Below are positions 23,287 to 36,809 of a stretch of DNA of 64,000 nt, piece after piece. Both the position numbers and the translations under genes were made by a program. The number at the start of each line of letters is the position of its first letter. Within the stretch, counting starts at the first letter, position 1. Below the pieces are notes generated by a model. It was given only the letters and a program-made list of their open reading frames with translations, searched no databases and was not told where the DNA came from. Origin of the DNA: Selaginella moellendorffii (taxonomy: Eukaryota; Plantae; Lycopodiophyta); NCBI RefSeq assembly GCF_000143415.4, contig NW_003314282.1:1693374-1757373 (forward strand). The letters run 5' to 3'.

Positions 23287-26200
23287 ATGATGGGCGATGA
23301 GGAAGAGCCTGTGGCGAGGAAGAGACTCTTCCACGGATGGTCTCAAGACGACGTGGAGGAGTTCCTCGAGCAAGACGACGCCGTCATGTCCCAGTTGCCA
23401 GGTTTGCTTTGATCGTGTGGAGCTTTCTTTGTGTGTCTCAAGATACCTCTTTTTTTTGTTCTTCCAGTGAGCTCCGAGGATAGAGCATTGGGGGAGCTTG
23501 ACTTCTACAAGAGGTATCTCATCCAGTGCCTTGCAAAGGGTCGTCTCGGCGTGGAGGAGCTGAGACGAATGAAGGACGTCAAGTGTGAAGCTTTCGAGTC
23601 GTACTTATGCTCGCTGGTGAATGCGAGGCAGCGACTTCCGCTCAATGTAGGCTAGGAGCTTTGCTTGCTTGGTTTCCAAAAGGCCATTGTTTGTTCTTGC
23701 CAGAATAGCGCTCCTCGAGTTCCAAAGTCGCTGATGTATACCTGTGATGTCGACGAGCATGGGAGGATTTCCTACCAGGTAGACTATTTATTTCTCTGGC
23801 TTGTCTTGTGTAAGCAATCAAAGTTTATGTTTTTTTTTTTTTCTCTTTTTGCAGAGGCCATATTACGAGGATGGCAGGACTCCCTTGCAGAGAGCTTTTG
23901 GAGACGATAAAGTTCTCCAGGTGAGATTCAATTGCCAAGGCGTCACGAGTCCAGAGATGTATCGAGATATCATCGAGAGGGGCTTCGACGTTGGGCTTCG
24001 CCATTTCGAGTACTTTGGTACGAGATGGATTGATCATCTTTGCTCTTGTTTTTAGTTTGTGTTTTCTCGAACTCAGTTTGTTTTCTTTTAGTGCACAAGG
24101 AAGAAAAAAAACGCAAAAACATGAGAAAAGTCAAGCAAACGCGGCAGCAACGATCCTTTTTCGTGTGTACAAAATCCATCGCTGCGAGCGACCTGGTTGA
24201 CCCGCACTTCTTGAAGTTCCGCTCGATGGATGCCTGTCGGAAGTATATCATGCACATCCACACGGTTCCATGCTTGCAGCTCTACAACAAGAGGTTTGTT
24301 TTCCATGATTGTTTCTACTTGCACAGGTTTTCACGCACCTGGCTCTAGGCTGCAACTGGCACTCTCAAAAACATGGACAGCCAACGTAAACATGAGCGAA
24401 GTTAATGTCGTTTGTTTCAAGGACATTCCATGCAGAGTTGCGGCCTTTGTCCGAAGTTGTGCTGCGTGTTTTAACAGATTGATTATCTTTGCTGCAGCAT
24501 GATCCGGGGGGAGAGATTGCAGTGGGCTGTAACGGCAAGCCTTTGATCCATACGGATGGAACCGGATTCATTTCTGAGGATTTAGCGAAACAAGTTGCAG
24601 TGAATACTTCAGAGGTTGATCTTCTTTTTCCATTTTCATCGAGCTGATTTTTTTCTACAGGAGTATCCTGCTCTGCTTCAAGTACGTCTTTTCTATCACG
24701 GGATAGCAGTCAAAGGCACGCTTCTAACTTTAAAAACAGTGAGTTTCTCCTAATTTCGGTGCTTACAATAATCTCTCTCTTTGCAGCTTCAGCATAAAAC
24801 AATCGTGTACAGGGATTCAATGCTCAAGGTTAAGGCTGATCCCAAACTGGCAAACTGTCCAAGCTTCAATTCTTTGGAGATTTGCACCACAAGGTATAGA
24901 GATTATGAGAGAAATATGCTAACCTCTAATGGCCGGAGTTTTTGTATAGCCACAAGCCACCAGTAGCAAGCTTGTCACGCTACGTGATAGCTCTCTTACT
25001 GGAAGGGGGTGTTCCTGAAAGTTTTTTCATCCAGGTAGTGCAAGAAGCGATTGCGAAGGCCATGACTCCCCTGCAAGATATTGCTGCCGCTCACAGGCGT
25101 AAGTTATAGCTAAAGTGGCGAACTTCTTTTCTTTCTCTTCCTCTGTGACGTCATTTTGTGTTTGATGCAGTTTGTTCGAGATTCTCGTTCGGAGATATGC
25201 CGAGAAGGATGATTCTCGCAGGGATCCCGCTGACGGATCACTTTCTAAGAAACAGTCTAATGACGATGATACGAACGCAGCTCAAACGCTACGCAAAAGC
25301 CAATGTTCCACTCGAAGGCTCGTACTACTTGATGGGATCTGCGGATCCTACAAACACGCTTGCGAGAAACCAAGTCGCGATTCTCTTGTAAGTGTCTCTC
25401 TGGCATTTAATCGTTCCTTACAAGTTGTTCTTTTGTTTCTTTCTGTCGAAGAGAAAATGGACCTCTGCATAGGCACAAGGTTCTCGTTTATAAGCACCCG
25501 GGGATGCACCCCGGCGACGTTCACGTATTCGAGGCAACTTGGAACCAGGAACTGGAGAGTTGCCTCGGAAACAGCAAGTATGTTATAATCTTCCCGACGA
25601 AAGGGCCTCGTTCCGTCGTGCACGAGATTGCAAACAGCGATCTGGACGGTGATTTGTACTGGATTTGCACGAACGAGCAGGTGTGTTTCTGGTTTTCTTT
25701 TTGTAAACACTACCATCTTTGTTCCTGATGATCTTCGTCTTAGCAGGTCTCAAACCTCTATAAGCCGCAATTGCCATGGCAAGAGAAAAGAACAAACGGA
25801 ACCACGGCCGTGCCGAGTTGCTTGGGGATGAGCCCCGAAGTTATAATGAGCCGTTTAGTGGCTATGTTCCTCAGAGCCATATTCAAGCCAAAGTAAGATC
25901 GATCTTTACATTTTTCTGTCACTGGTTTTTCTCACTGTTTTGCAGCTTTGCAATCTCCCGAGCGGCCACAAACTGGCTGATTCACATGGACAAGTATCTC
26001 AGCACAAGCTTTGACAATGTACGCGAACGGGAGTTTCGGCAGAATTGCCTTCTCGAGCTCGCTGATTTGTACTACTTGGCTCTGGACGCGGATAAAACCG
26101 GAGAAATGGTTATCTTAGTTGGAGTGAAAACTTTGGTTTGAGCATTTCTTCGCAGGTTACTATCGAGGATAGGCTTTTGTGCGACAAGATCAAGCCGCAT

Positions 26201-27019
26201 TTCCTAGTCGAAGAGAACAGCAACAATCCGAATAGACGTAAGATCCAGCAACAGGACAATGTGTATAGATCAACCTCGATATTTGGAAAGATCTATAATC
26301 TAGTGACCGAGGTAATTGAAAACGAAGCCAAGGAATTCACAGGTACGGACAACTCGTGCTTTTCTTTTGTTCTTGAGAGGAAGCTTTCTGTTGTTTCAGG
26401 ACCTCTGATGTTCTACGAGGAGTTTGTCTACGGGAATTACCTGAGCTACAAAGACTTGTGGAGGCAGCACTTTAACAACTATCGTCTGGAAATAAGCCTG
26501 GCCTTGGACGAGAAATCGGCCGAGAAGACGGACGAGATCGCTGCGCAGTATTGTCAGGTAAGGTTCTCGCTGATCACACAAAAAGGTTTTTTCTCGATTT
26601 TTTCAGATGCTTTTTAAGTTTGTCGTTGGTTTTCACTCATAAAGACGATTTTTTCAGATGCTTTATACCGGATCCACGAACTTGGATGGAGCAAAGAAGA
26701 GTATTTATCAGATCTACCAAGAGTCTTGCGCCATCTACAGCGTTGTCCACGATCACGTCCAGTTTTGCTTGGATCGAGCGCGAGCAGGGAGCGAAAACGA
26801 GAAAGAGTGGAAGCCCAGCTTCACGTTTGCTTGGAAAGTGGCTGGAGAGCCCCTGTGCCATCTCTTCTGTGAAAGGAGGAAGGAAAGCGGTGGTACCTTC
26901 TCTGTGGCGAGAGATGTTCTTGACACTATCACTGGCGCTCCAGGTAAATTCTAGTTCCATTGACAAAAAATGGATATTTTTTTCTACCAGGTGCTCTTGC
27001 AAGGCTTCGGCGATTCTAA
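23287..27019 (+). CDS. RNA-dependent RNA polymerase, gamma clade (RDR3/4/5-like), multi-exon
   Basis: Exon peptides: RTPLQRAFGDDKVLQV, GLRHFEYF, TDGTGFISEDLA, LLQVRLFYHGIAVKGTLL, YYLMGSADPT, HPGMHPGDVHV, FPTKGPRSVVHEIANSDLDGDLYW, FAWKVAGEPLC. The stop is at 26954, or at 27019 if a final 47-nt intron is spliced. Confidence 0.9.
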
Positions 27020-27235
27020 CTTACGTCAACGAGTTCTAAGTAAGCTTATCAACCATCTTGTGAATTATTTTGTAGGTTCAATCAACAGTAACCATTTTTT
27101 TTTTCTCTGTAAGTACTCTCATTTTTCTAGAAATCAAGAGCTCTTAGTGTTTTCTAACGAGCTGTCAGCTTTTTTGGAGGAAAGTTACGTTTTTTTCTTG
27201 CTCAAAAAAGATACCGTGAGTGGTTCCTTCGATTT

Positions 27236-29235
27236 CTAAGCATCGTCGTCACCATCACTCTCGGAAGTCATCTTTGCCTCTCTGAAAACTCCCGGCCTCG
27301 AGCTCGTCCCCAGATCCTCGCAAGGCTTTGGAAAGATCGTCCCAAACACCTGGCCTTGGAGGAACGAGCACTGGAAGACGTGCTTCTTCTTTCTCGTGAC
27401 GCCGACGTTCATGTCGCGGATCTCCAGCCCCCGGACGGGGACTTCTTTGCTGCCATAGATCCTCGCGGGAATTCTCACCTCGCTGCCATAGATGCCGTCG
27501 AAGAAGATCTTCTCCACCACCGGCAGCGCGGTGGGATCGTAGAACTCGTCCGGGTGGTCGCCATAGTCGGTCTTGATCACGATGCCGACTCTCACGGTTT
27601 CCATGGTGATGTTGCGGTAGAACACTTGGGTGACATAGCCTCCCCTTCCTGGCGTCGTCTTGATCCTCACTCCACGCTTGGAGTTCCAGATGTAAACGTT
27701 CTCCACTGTTACGTTGGTGATTCCTCCGGACATCTCGCTTCCTATGGAAACTCCAGCGCTGTGGAGATGGACGTCAACTTTGATCGATCAACGAACTGGA
27801 ATAGAGCGAAAGGAAAAGAAGTTCTTCCCACCTTACAGGAGCATTCACTTGAATGTTCCGGATGGTGATGTTCGCGCAAGGCTTGCCGTAGTCGATGCCG
27901 TATTGATCCCATCCGCTCTTCACAGCGACACCGTCGTCTCCGACGCTTATGTAGCAGTTCTCGATCAAAACGTTCCGACAAGAATCTGGCAAAGGAAGTT
28001 TGTCAAGAACTACTTACACACGAACTTGCATTGTTTCTTACCAGGATCAATCCCGTCAGTGTTTGGAGCATCTGGTGGAGCAATTATCGTGACGCCTCTG
28101 ATGGTTACATTCTCGCAGTCGTAAGGATGCACAGTCCAGAAGGGCGAGTTCCTCAAAGTCACGTCGGAGATCTCGATCCCGCGAGACCACATGAACTGGA
28201 TGAGACGTCCCCGCGTGTGTTTCAGCTGTTTGAGCTTGGCTTTCTCCCACCACTTCCTCCCATTCCCGTCGATGGTTCCATTGTGTCCTGTATGGTCACA
28301 CTGCTGGAGATCGATGAAGTTATAGAAGCGAGGAAAATGACGAACCTGTGATGACAATGTCCTCGAGATGCTGGCCGTGAATCAAGCTTCCATAGCGGGG
28401 GCCGGGAAGCTCTCGTCCACGGCCGTAGGATGGTAGAGGCTGCATGAGAGGCCACAAGTCCTCGCTCTGTTATAATACACAGTTAGTTCTTAGTTAGAAC
28501 AAGGAAGCATGGAGATGGAAACAAAAAAAACACTACGAGAAAGCTTTGAGAAAGACGCACAAACGCACGTAAAGATCGAGGATCGAGCATGGAAGGAGGA
28601 GGAAGTTCAATTGGAACGAGAAGATCAAGAGAAAACACTAGAAAGTTCTTCGCTAGAAACACTTTGAAATGGAAGAAAGAATGGAGGAAGATCGAAGCAT
28701 CGGGCATGGAACGAGGAAAACCAAAGAGAAGATTTTTGAACGAGAAGATCTAGAAAGTTCTTTGCTAGAAAACGCTTAGAACGATGAGCTAGAACACTTG
28801 GAACGATGAAAGCTTGGAGGACGATGGATAGAGTACCTGGGTGGCGAGAATGGTGGCATCTTCCTCGAGGAACAAGGTCATATGGCTCGTGAGGTTGAAT
28901 GGAGCGGTGAGCCACACGCCAGCAGGAACATTGAGCTGCGCGCCCCCGGATTTGGCCGCCGCGCTCGAGATCTCAGCCACAGCCCGCTCGAATGCGCGCG
29001 TGTTGATCGTCCTGCCGTCGCCAATCCCCCCAAAATCCGTGAGATTGAAGACCACTGGCCGGAGCCTGGGCACCGCTCTCGCGATTCTCTTGGATCCACT
29101 CACCTGGGCGATGTAATTGCTCTGGTAGACGAAGAGGCAGAGGAAGAAGGCGATCCACAGCAGGAAGAATCCCCGGCGCTTGGACACCGCCGCGATCATG
29201 ATCTGCTCCTGCTGCGGCCGGAATGCCGGTCGCAT
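27236..29235 (-). CDS. Polygalacturonase (GH28), multi-exon
   Basis: FGGIGDG..NT.AF, WLTAPFNLTSH, NSPFWTVHP, PNTDGIDP, GDDGVAVKSG, RGVRIKT; N-terminal membrane anchor. Confidence 0.93.
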
Positions 29236-29404
29236 GGTGCCAGGGTGCGCTAATCCCTACCTCGAGGATCACCTCTCCGGGGGATTTCGCCTCCTCCCTC
29301 CATCCGCCATAGCCGAGAATGCTTTGAAACAAAGATTTGCCGTACATTCCCCTCCTTGTACGGTAGAAATTAGGGCTTTTATTTAGGGCTGGAGGTTTTG
29401 GGCT

Positions 29405-30701
29405 ATGGACGGAGAAGCTCCACGGCAACAGTCCTTTGGGGATGCATTCTCTTTCGTGAGGCAAGGCGCGTTCTACTCCGCTCCAGCGCCTCCTCCTTCA
29501 GGGTTTGTTTTGGATTGGAGTTACCATTGCGAGGATTTTGCGATTGATCGTTGTTTCGCAGATCGGCGCCAGCAGGAGCAGCAAGTGGGGCTTCTAATTC
29601 GCAATCTCGAAATGCGATCCTTGTGAGCCGGCGTCAGGTCAGTGAGATTTCTCCAAGCTCCGAAAGAACGAGTGATTCATCTTTTTCTTTTCAGCAAGGA
29701 AATCCGGTGCTCAAGTTTATTCGCAATGTGAGGTGGACGTTTGACGACATTGTTCCCGATTATGTCCTTGGCCAGAGCTCCTGTGCCTTGTATCTCAGGT
29801 GGCGAAACTTCTCAAGCATTTGGAAAGATGTTCTAAACTTCTGCGTCCTTTGTGTGTAGCATCCGCTACCATCTTCTTCACCCGGATTACCTCTACTTTA
29901 GAATTCGCGAGCTGCAGAAAAACTTTAGATTGCGAGTCGTGTTGTGCTATGTGGATGTGGCAAGTGATATCTCCACACTTTTCTTTCATAGCTCAGCTCT
30001 ATAACGCTTTCTTCTGCTCGAACTATTCAGGAGGATGTCATTAAGCCATTGCACGAAGTGACAAAGACGGCTTTGCTCCATGACTGTAGTCTGCTCTGTG
30101 CTTGGAGGTACTTTGCTTCAAAACTGCTGTAGTATTTTCTGATCGTATGTTGTAACGTTCGTTGCAGCTTGGAAGAATGCGCTCGCTACCTGGAAACTAT
30201 AAAGATGTACGAAAACAAGCCAGCCGATAACATCCAAGAAAGGACTGACCAAGACTACTTGTCCCGAGTAAGCTTACTTGGAGATGGTTTGCGTAAACAA
30301 ATGCTAATCGTTTGGCAGCTCACAAGTGCATTGACGAGCGTAAGGCATATCAATAAGACGGATGTTGTTACACTCGGTTCAACATTTGGGGTAAGCAGAA
30401 ATCTCTTGCTTGCCTTGCTTTTACTTTGATGTAAAAGTTCGTTCTTACGATTTCTACTCCTCTTGCTTTAGAGCATGGCATCAGTGATGAGCGCTTCCAT
30501 GGAAGATTTAGCACGCTGTCCTGGTATCGGCGAGCGGAAGGTACGAAGGTTTCATTGGAAATTCGTATTGAAACGTTCTCTCTTAATGCTGTGCAGGTGA
30601 AGCGACTCTATGATGCATTTCATGAACCTTTCAGGCGTACGTCTAAACAGCTGCGTCTCAGCAGCGTGGGGATCAAACCAATTCAAGAGGCTCCCAAGTG
30701 A
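29405..30701 (+). CDS. ERCC1: DNA excision repair protein ERCC1, multi-exon
   Basis: [63 protein letters not shown], and the HhH motif [15 protein letters not shown]. Confidence 0.94.
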
Positions 30702-32866
30702 AAGTTTGCGGGTGAGCTCTTTTATTTTATTCTATCAAGTCGGTGAAACCTTTCCTTTCCTCTAGGGCTAGTGTGTATGGAGAGCTACGAGGTGAGAAAA
30801 TGGTGATGTGGGCGCGATCTTTTCTAATCCCAACGCGAATTTCCAGGTAGAAGAGAAGAAATTGGCGGCAGCTCACGCCTTGATGCATTACTCTCCATTC
30901 GTCATGACTTGTATTGGAGAAAGCGTTTCTCCGAGCCAGCTTAGGATCCATCTTCTCAAGGTAATTAATCCTTTCACTGTTTCTTGTTTATCATTCTTTA
31001 GTTCAGGAACTTTCCGGAATGCCATCTACCTTGAAGACCGAGAAAGAGCCGCAGCTTCTGGACTTCGTCATGATCACGAACCCCGGCCATAAAGCTACCG
31101 CGCCGACGGAGCCATCATCTTCTTCCATCGAAGCCACCAGCGGAGGAGAAAAAACCGACAAGCGGCGCGAGAGTTAAAAACGCAAAGGTTCTCCGTTGTT
31201 TAAACTTCTTCTCATCGATCGGGAGTTAATGATGGACTGATGCAGGAGTTCTTCCCTTGTTTCCTCAGGCTTTGTAGTCAATGGAAAGAAGCTTTTAATT
31301 TGCCATCGTGTTGCCGACGCCCCTTTGTTTCTCGAAACGGTGGCATCAGCAACAACAGCAACTTTGTCACTGACACGTAGGAAGCGAGTCAAGCTTTCAG
31401 GGACGGGATATTTCCTTTGCAAGCGCAGATGACGCCTCGGAAGATCTGTGAAGCCGCTTGGAGTTGCTGCGTCGCAATCAGCTGGAAATACACCGCTTTT
31501 TCTTGATCAGTAAGTTTGTGGGAGGCATCAGGAAATGAGGAAAGAGGACAAAAAGGTTTAAAGCCGGGGATGTCACGTGAGAGGACGGGAAGAAAAGAAG
31601 AACAGCAATGGGGCGAGAAATTTTTTCTTTATAACTGGTACTTGGGAAGAGCAGTGGCAGCCAGGCAGCTCTTACAGCAGCAACGTTGTCAGTCGATCTC
31701 TTTCAAGCTGCTGGCTGGTGTTGGTGCTGCATCATGGGTGTCACTATGGAGTCAAGTTGGTTGCAATGCCACCAGTGTTTCGGAGCTTGAGACAAGGACG
31801 ACTCGGTCAGCCCCGTCCGTGGCAGCCGAAAAACGAGCAGAGAAAAAAAGAAAAAAAAACAAAGAGGAGGAGAAAGATATGGAGGAAAATTTGGTCGCTT
31901 GTGATGATGATGAAGCATCACCAACCTGTGCTATGACGATGGGCCTACTTTTACAGGAGAGCGGAGGAGTTACAGCAGAAAGTTTGGTTGTGACACCCCG
32001 AAAACGTAAGTTAGATTGCTTTTGTTTTTTGCTTTCTAAGCCGAGTTTTATGCTAATACTTTGCGAACGTGAGTGTTGCAGGAGCCTCAGCATCGGCATC
32101 AGCAGCATTGAGATCTGCGTTTTTTTGTTTTGGATTCGTTCGTGTGGATGGCCCGTCCAAGAAAAGGGGGGTACGCGTTCTTCGTCCTGACTTGGCACGC
32201 AACGCAACCGTGACGCTGTTAATCTCGTTTTGCCTGGAAGGAAGTTCCAGATTCGTGATTCGCGACAAACTCTTCAGCACACGCACGCGGTGAGTCAGTG
32301 CTTTCGTTTCCTTTTTCCCTCTAGTTTTGTGCATCGAATCTCTCGAAGTGTTTTTTCTCTCTTGGGCAGGAAAAATGCGCGCTGTTAGAGCCTCTAAGCC
32401 GGGAAGTCTGGTCACTCACGCTAGAAACAAGGACCACTTTGCGTGGGCATGTCACTCTTGGCGAGAGAGGGATGGTTTTTCCAGGTCGTCGACGATGTTT
32501 CTATGGCATGATCACACGAGGTGAGCGATCGATCTCCTTGCTTCACATCTTTCTCAGAGTTGCGGCTTGGAAGACACTGTCCATGAAAACAACGCCTCCG
32601 TTTACGTGCTATATCCAAAGTCTTTGATCACTCACTTCCAAGCTAAAACAAAGCTTTCCTTTGATTATACCCACAGGCGAAATTGTTGCAAGTTGACGAT
32701 TCTATAGATTTTTTAATCGTCACGATGGAGTGAGTTTGATTAAAAATAAATTTCGCTTGCCAAACCATGTACATTGATGGTCAAAGCCTATAAAATCAAG
32801 GTTTCCTATAACGCTAGATTCGTGCCTCGCGCATTAGTGTCCAGATTGCTGACACGTGTATGCCCA

Positions 32867-32917
32867 TCACGCGTGAAGGGCCAGGCCAGCGTTTGAACTG
32901 GCGCCCTTCACGCGTGA
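32867..32917. repeat. Perfect 15-bp inverted repeat (hairpin) upstream of TCP gene
   Basis: tcacgcgtgaagggc (32867-32881) and gcccttcacgcgtga (32903-32917), with an inner gccag/ctggc stem. Confidence 0.8.
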
Positions 32918-34195
32918 GGCCTCGCCCGTGGGGTTTATGGCAAGCTTTCTTCTTCCTTGCTCCTAGGGTTCTTGGCCGACGGCGAGCCAGCATTCTGGAG
33001 ATTTCGCCATAACTGCGCCAATCACACCCCACGGACGCGATGTAAGTTCGCCATTCTCGTGCTATCCTTGAGCGCGCACGCGATAAACCGATCTCGCGGT
33101 TTCTCCAGGGAAAGAAAGGCTGATCGGAGCGTATGCCAAGATTTCCAGGATTTCCATCGCGCGGCTTCGAAAAGCGATCGCTGCAGCGCCTGGTTTTGGC
33201 CAAGATTCCTTCCCACAGCCTCTCGCTGCCGCGGCGCCGCCAGCATTTAGATTGGCCCTTTCCAGCTCCGTTATTGTGCGGCGGCAAGCCTCTCCATCAG
33301 CCAATTCATTGCGGGAGAAAAGAGATTTCGCTGTCGCAACTCTCTGGTGGCTCTGGCGAGCAGCGCTCTGGTTAGCGCATCCCTTTCACTCGAGTCCAAA
33401 GGGGTCAGGGCGGGCAGTAGTGGCAGACATAGTTAATGGGACTTCGGTTTTGGATGGAGCTACTGGGTGGAACACGACTGGGACTGGGAGGATTGGGACT
33501 GGAGCTGGGAGGATTTGTTTCGCTTATCAGACAAAATGGTTCTCATCGCACCAGCAGTACACTGGCCTGATCATGTTTTTCATCGGACAGTGTGTTCTTC
33601 TTCACCGAGAGACATCGTCGTGACAGATCGCTCGTCTGGCTACTCACTGCTTTCCCGATTCTCGCAAGTGCAACAAGGTCTGTCTCTCTTGCTGTTCTTT
33701 TCTTCGTTTTTTTTTTCTCCTCACTTGCTTTTCTCTTTTGCGGTACTCGACGCCCACTTATATTCTAACAACAACACAAGTCCGACATGCTAGGACCGGT
33801 ATGCTATGCCTGACTTGACAAGCAAGCAAATTGGTGCTCATGATTCCTCTCCGGCTGTGATCACTGCTGCTGGTCGTCCCTGTTTGCCATCTCGGTGGTA
33901 AAGTGATGCTTTTTTCTTAAGCACAAGTTCTGGAGCCTTATAGTTTTTACATTGCAGATGATCAGCTAAAAGTCTCCTGAAAGAATGTGAGCTCGAGAAT
34001 GGTTGCAAGTGATGGGCGAAGAGGCTGTCACAATTCTCGTAGTTTGAATCACAACCACCAGTATGCTCACACTGGAATGCTGGCTCCACAGGTCGGCAGA
34101 AGCTGACACCAAATTCCAAAGATTTCCTCCAGGGGAAACGTCACGAATCGTTGGACTATGGAAAATTCATCGAAAGGGGGACGGAGAAAAGCGGC

Positions 34196-35806
34196 ATGGA
34201 TCGCAGGAAAAGGGATAGGGAGGGAGCAGCGGATGCTGAGGGAGGAGGACGAACCGACAGCGAGTCGACAAGCTTTGATGATGGCTCGTTCCGGAAGCCC
34301 GAGAGTGGAGGAGCCTTGGGATCTGGAGCCGCCATGGATTTCAGCTCCGAGAGCGCAGGTGTGGGTGATACGTTCAAGAAGAATGTTGCGGAAGAGAGGA
34401 AAGTTCGCGCCAAGGTAGTAGTCGACTCCCCCAAGCCCGGAAGTGCTCACTCCGTAGAGGTAGAGGTAGACAGGCCCCGTGGTAGCGTTAGACCGTCAGG
34501 TGGGAAAGATCGACATAGCAAAGTCCAGACTTCCAAGGGGCTTCGGGATAGAAGAGTGAGGCTCTCGGTGGCGACAGCGATTCAGTTCTACGACGTGCAA
34601 GATAGGCTGGGATACGATCAACCAAGCAAGGCAGTGGAATGGCTTTTGAAGAAGGCCAAGGCAGCGATAGACGACCTTCCACCGGTTCCATTAACGGCGG
34701 AGAGGGCATCGGGTGGCGCTCACGGAGGAGCATTCTCTCCAGCATTGTCCGTGAAGTCAGGACCAGCCGTCCCTCGGTTCTATCCGCAAGCCATCGGACT
34801 ATCTCCAGGCTCGTCTTCTTTCAGGGAGCCAGAACGGCAAGAGGAGCAAAAGCTACAGGAGCCTTTCCTTGAGAGCCCGTCTGCCAAGGAAGGAGGAGAT
34901 GGTGGGAAAGGAGGCGCGGCGAGGCTCGAGTCGAGAGTGAAGGCCAGGGAGAGGGCCAGGGAGCGGATGAAGGAGAAAACAACAACAACAACAGGTAGAG
35001 ATCCTTCCAGCCCTTCGCACTCTCCGGAGGCACAGTCGTTCATCGCCAGCAGCATGCCACATTCGGCTCCAATGATACCCTTCGACAGCAGCGCGCTCAA
35101 TGTCCCTGAAAGCTTCACCAGCTTGCTCCAGAATCCTCACGTCCCGTTCCAGAACTTGGCTCCGCCTTCTCAATCTTACCAAGGCCAACTCCTCGGGCAG
35201 CTCGGCTTCCAACAGGCGCTACTGTCCCTGGAGCAAGTTCCAAGCAGGCAGTTCCATCCCGCTTTTCCAGGCTTTGCGTCGCTGCCTCTGGCCACCACTC
35301 CTCTGGACTTGTCCTTCTTTTCGACCCCGGTTACTTCTCCTGGACACTTCTCACCTCAGCTATCAGCGGCAGCAGCAGCAGCAATTTTGTCGTCCAATCC
35401 GCTTCCCTCCGATCCGTTCGTGGCATCCAGTCCTCAGTTTCGGCCTTCCTCACTTCTCGAAGAGCCACCGCCATCGTCATACTTTCAAGGATTACTGAGG
35501 CCGCAGCATTCTTTTACGAGCTTGTCCCCACTGCAGTTTGAGCCGTTTCCAGCGTCCCCGCAGCAGGCTCATCATTTTGGTAGTCTACTAGATAGAAACG
35601 TTTCGGGTCCGCGCGAACCCACCAGCAGCAGTAGCAGGTTTCATCCTCCAGCCTCTTACTATCAGTCGGGCTCGCAGCAACAGTTTCCGGCAGTTATCCA
35701 TGGAATCGGCGGTGATGATGAAATCGTGGAGCTCAACAAGGATGATGACGGAGGTGGCGGTGGTCACCACCGCTCGTCCTCGATTCCGCGAGCTCGACCA
35801 CCTTAA
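34196..35806 (+). CDS. Class II TCP transcription factor (CIN-like) with R domain
   Basis: TCP domain [48 protein letters not shown]; R domain [13 protein letters not shown]. First in-frame ATG at 34196. Confidence 0.93.
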   Translation: MDRRKRDREGAADAEGGGRTDSESTSFDDGSFRKPESGGALGSGAAMDFSSESAGVGDTFKKNVAEERKVRAKVVVDSPKPGSAHSVEVEVDRPRGSVRPSGGKDRHSKVQTSKGLRDRRVRLSVATAIQFYDVQDRLGYDQPSKAVEWLLKKAKAAIDDLPPVPLTAERASGGAHGGAFSPALSVKSGPAVPRFYPQAIGLSPGSSSFREPERQEEQKLQEPFLESPSAKEGGDGGKGGAARLESRVKARERARERMKEKTTTTTGRDPSSPSHSPEAQSFIASSMPHSAPMIPFDSSALNVPESFTSLLQNPHVPFQNLAPPSQSYQGQLLGQLGFQQALLSLEQVPSRQFHPAFPGFASLPLATTPLDLSFFSTPVTSPGHFSPQLSAAAAAAILSSNPLPSDPFVASSPQFRPSSLLEEPPPSSYFQGLLRPQHSFTSLSPLQFEPFPASPQQAHHFGSLLDRNVSGPREPTSSSSRFHPPASYYQSGSQQQFPAVIHGIGGDDEIVELNKDDDGGGGGHHRSSSIPRARPP

Positions 35807-36067
35807 CTACACCATCAGGCTCATCATCAGTCTTGAAAATCATCGGTCGCTTTGGAATGCTTTGATGACCGATTATTGGCCGCCAATCAGCCGGGACGAC
35901 GCCAAGTTCAATGCGACGCAGGGACCAAAACAAGCAAGCCAAGCAACGCTCGTCGATACAGGTTTGTTTGTTTAGATACTTTAGATTATTACTTACACAG
36001 GCTCGTGGTGGATTCCTTTCTTCAGGCCGCCTTCGTTTTAACAACGATTTTCAAGTTTGCAACTCCT

Positions 36068-36114
36068 AGCAGCAGGAACAGCAGCAGCAGCAGCAGCAGC
36101 AGCAGTAGCAGCAG
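36068..36114. repeat. (CAG)n trinucleotide repeat, probably in the TCP 3' UTR
   Basis: Visible agcagcagc tract with two interruptions. Confidence 0.85.
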
Positions 36115-36809
36115 AAAGATGACAGCATGCGCAGAAGCGTACGAGCGCGGAATGGGTGCAATGCAGTTGTCAATCGCTTTCGCTTTCAAACCCCCTTCTC
36201 TTAAGTGCGCGAGGTCAGGGAAATCAGTTCTTCGGTTATCGCTCACTTTCCACTTCCGGGTGTGGTTTTGCTTTTGCGGTGGAGTTCTAAGCGTTTATCA
36301 GGATCCAGAGATTGGAGAGAAACCAAGATCAGTAGGTATGGATGGATAGAATCCAGGGAAAGAAAGAGATTTTTTTTGGTGGTGGTGGAAGCCAAGTGAG
36401 ATGAAAACAAAACAAGCAAAAGATCGAGAGAGAGGAGACGATGGGACAGCGAAGATTATTTAATGGCTGTACTGCCGGACATGCAGCGCGCATGTGTGTG
36501 AGTGCACACACGTAACCTACATGTGGTGAGAGGATATAGCTTCGATATATTCTTACTGGTAATAAAAACCATTGGTTCATTCTTGCCAAAGCTTTGTGAT
36601 TCTATTAAGCTCGTACTCGATCAAGCTTTCCATGGTCTAAAGTCTAAAGTTCCTCCCTTACCCCTCGAGCGTACTTTGCTGCTTTTAGAACGATTGACGA
36701 GATTCCAGCGGGAAGGATACGATCCACGAACGACGACGAGGAGAAAGCTATAAAAGAGAAACCAGAGTACCGCGCCGACCGACCTCTAGATGTGTGCGCA
36801 CTTAGCTCG

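Noticed and set aside
31640-31735. Weak hairpin with a 9-nt miR160-like match (tgcctggct on the minus strand)
   Set aside because: The match does not extend to a full mature miRNA and the stem is short and irregular.
31516-33800. Several 100-220 aa ORFs upstream of TCP
   Set aside because: Low-complexity, overlapping on both strands, non-ATG starts and no recognisable motifs. More likely regulatory or UTR sequence.
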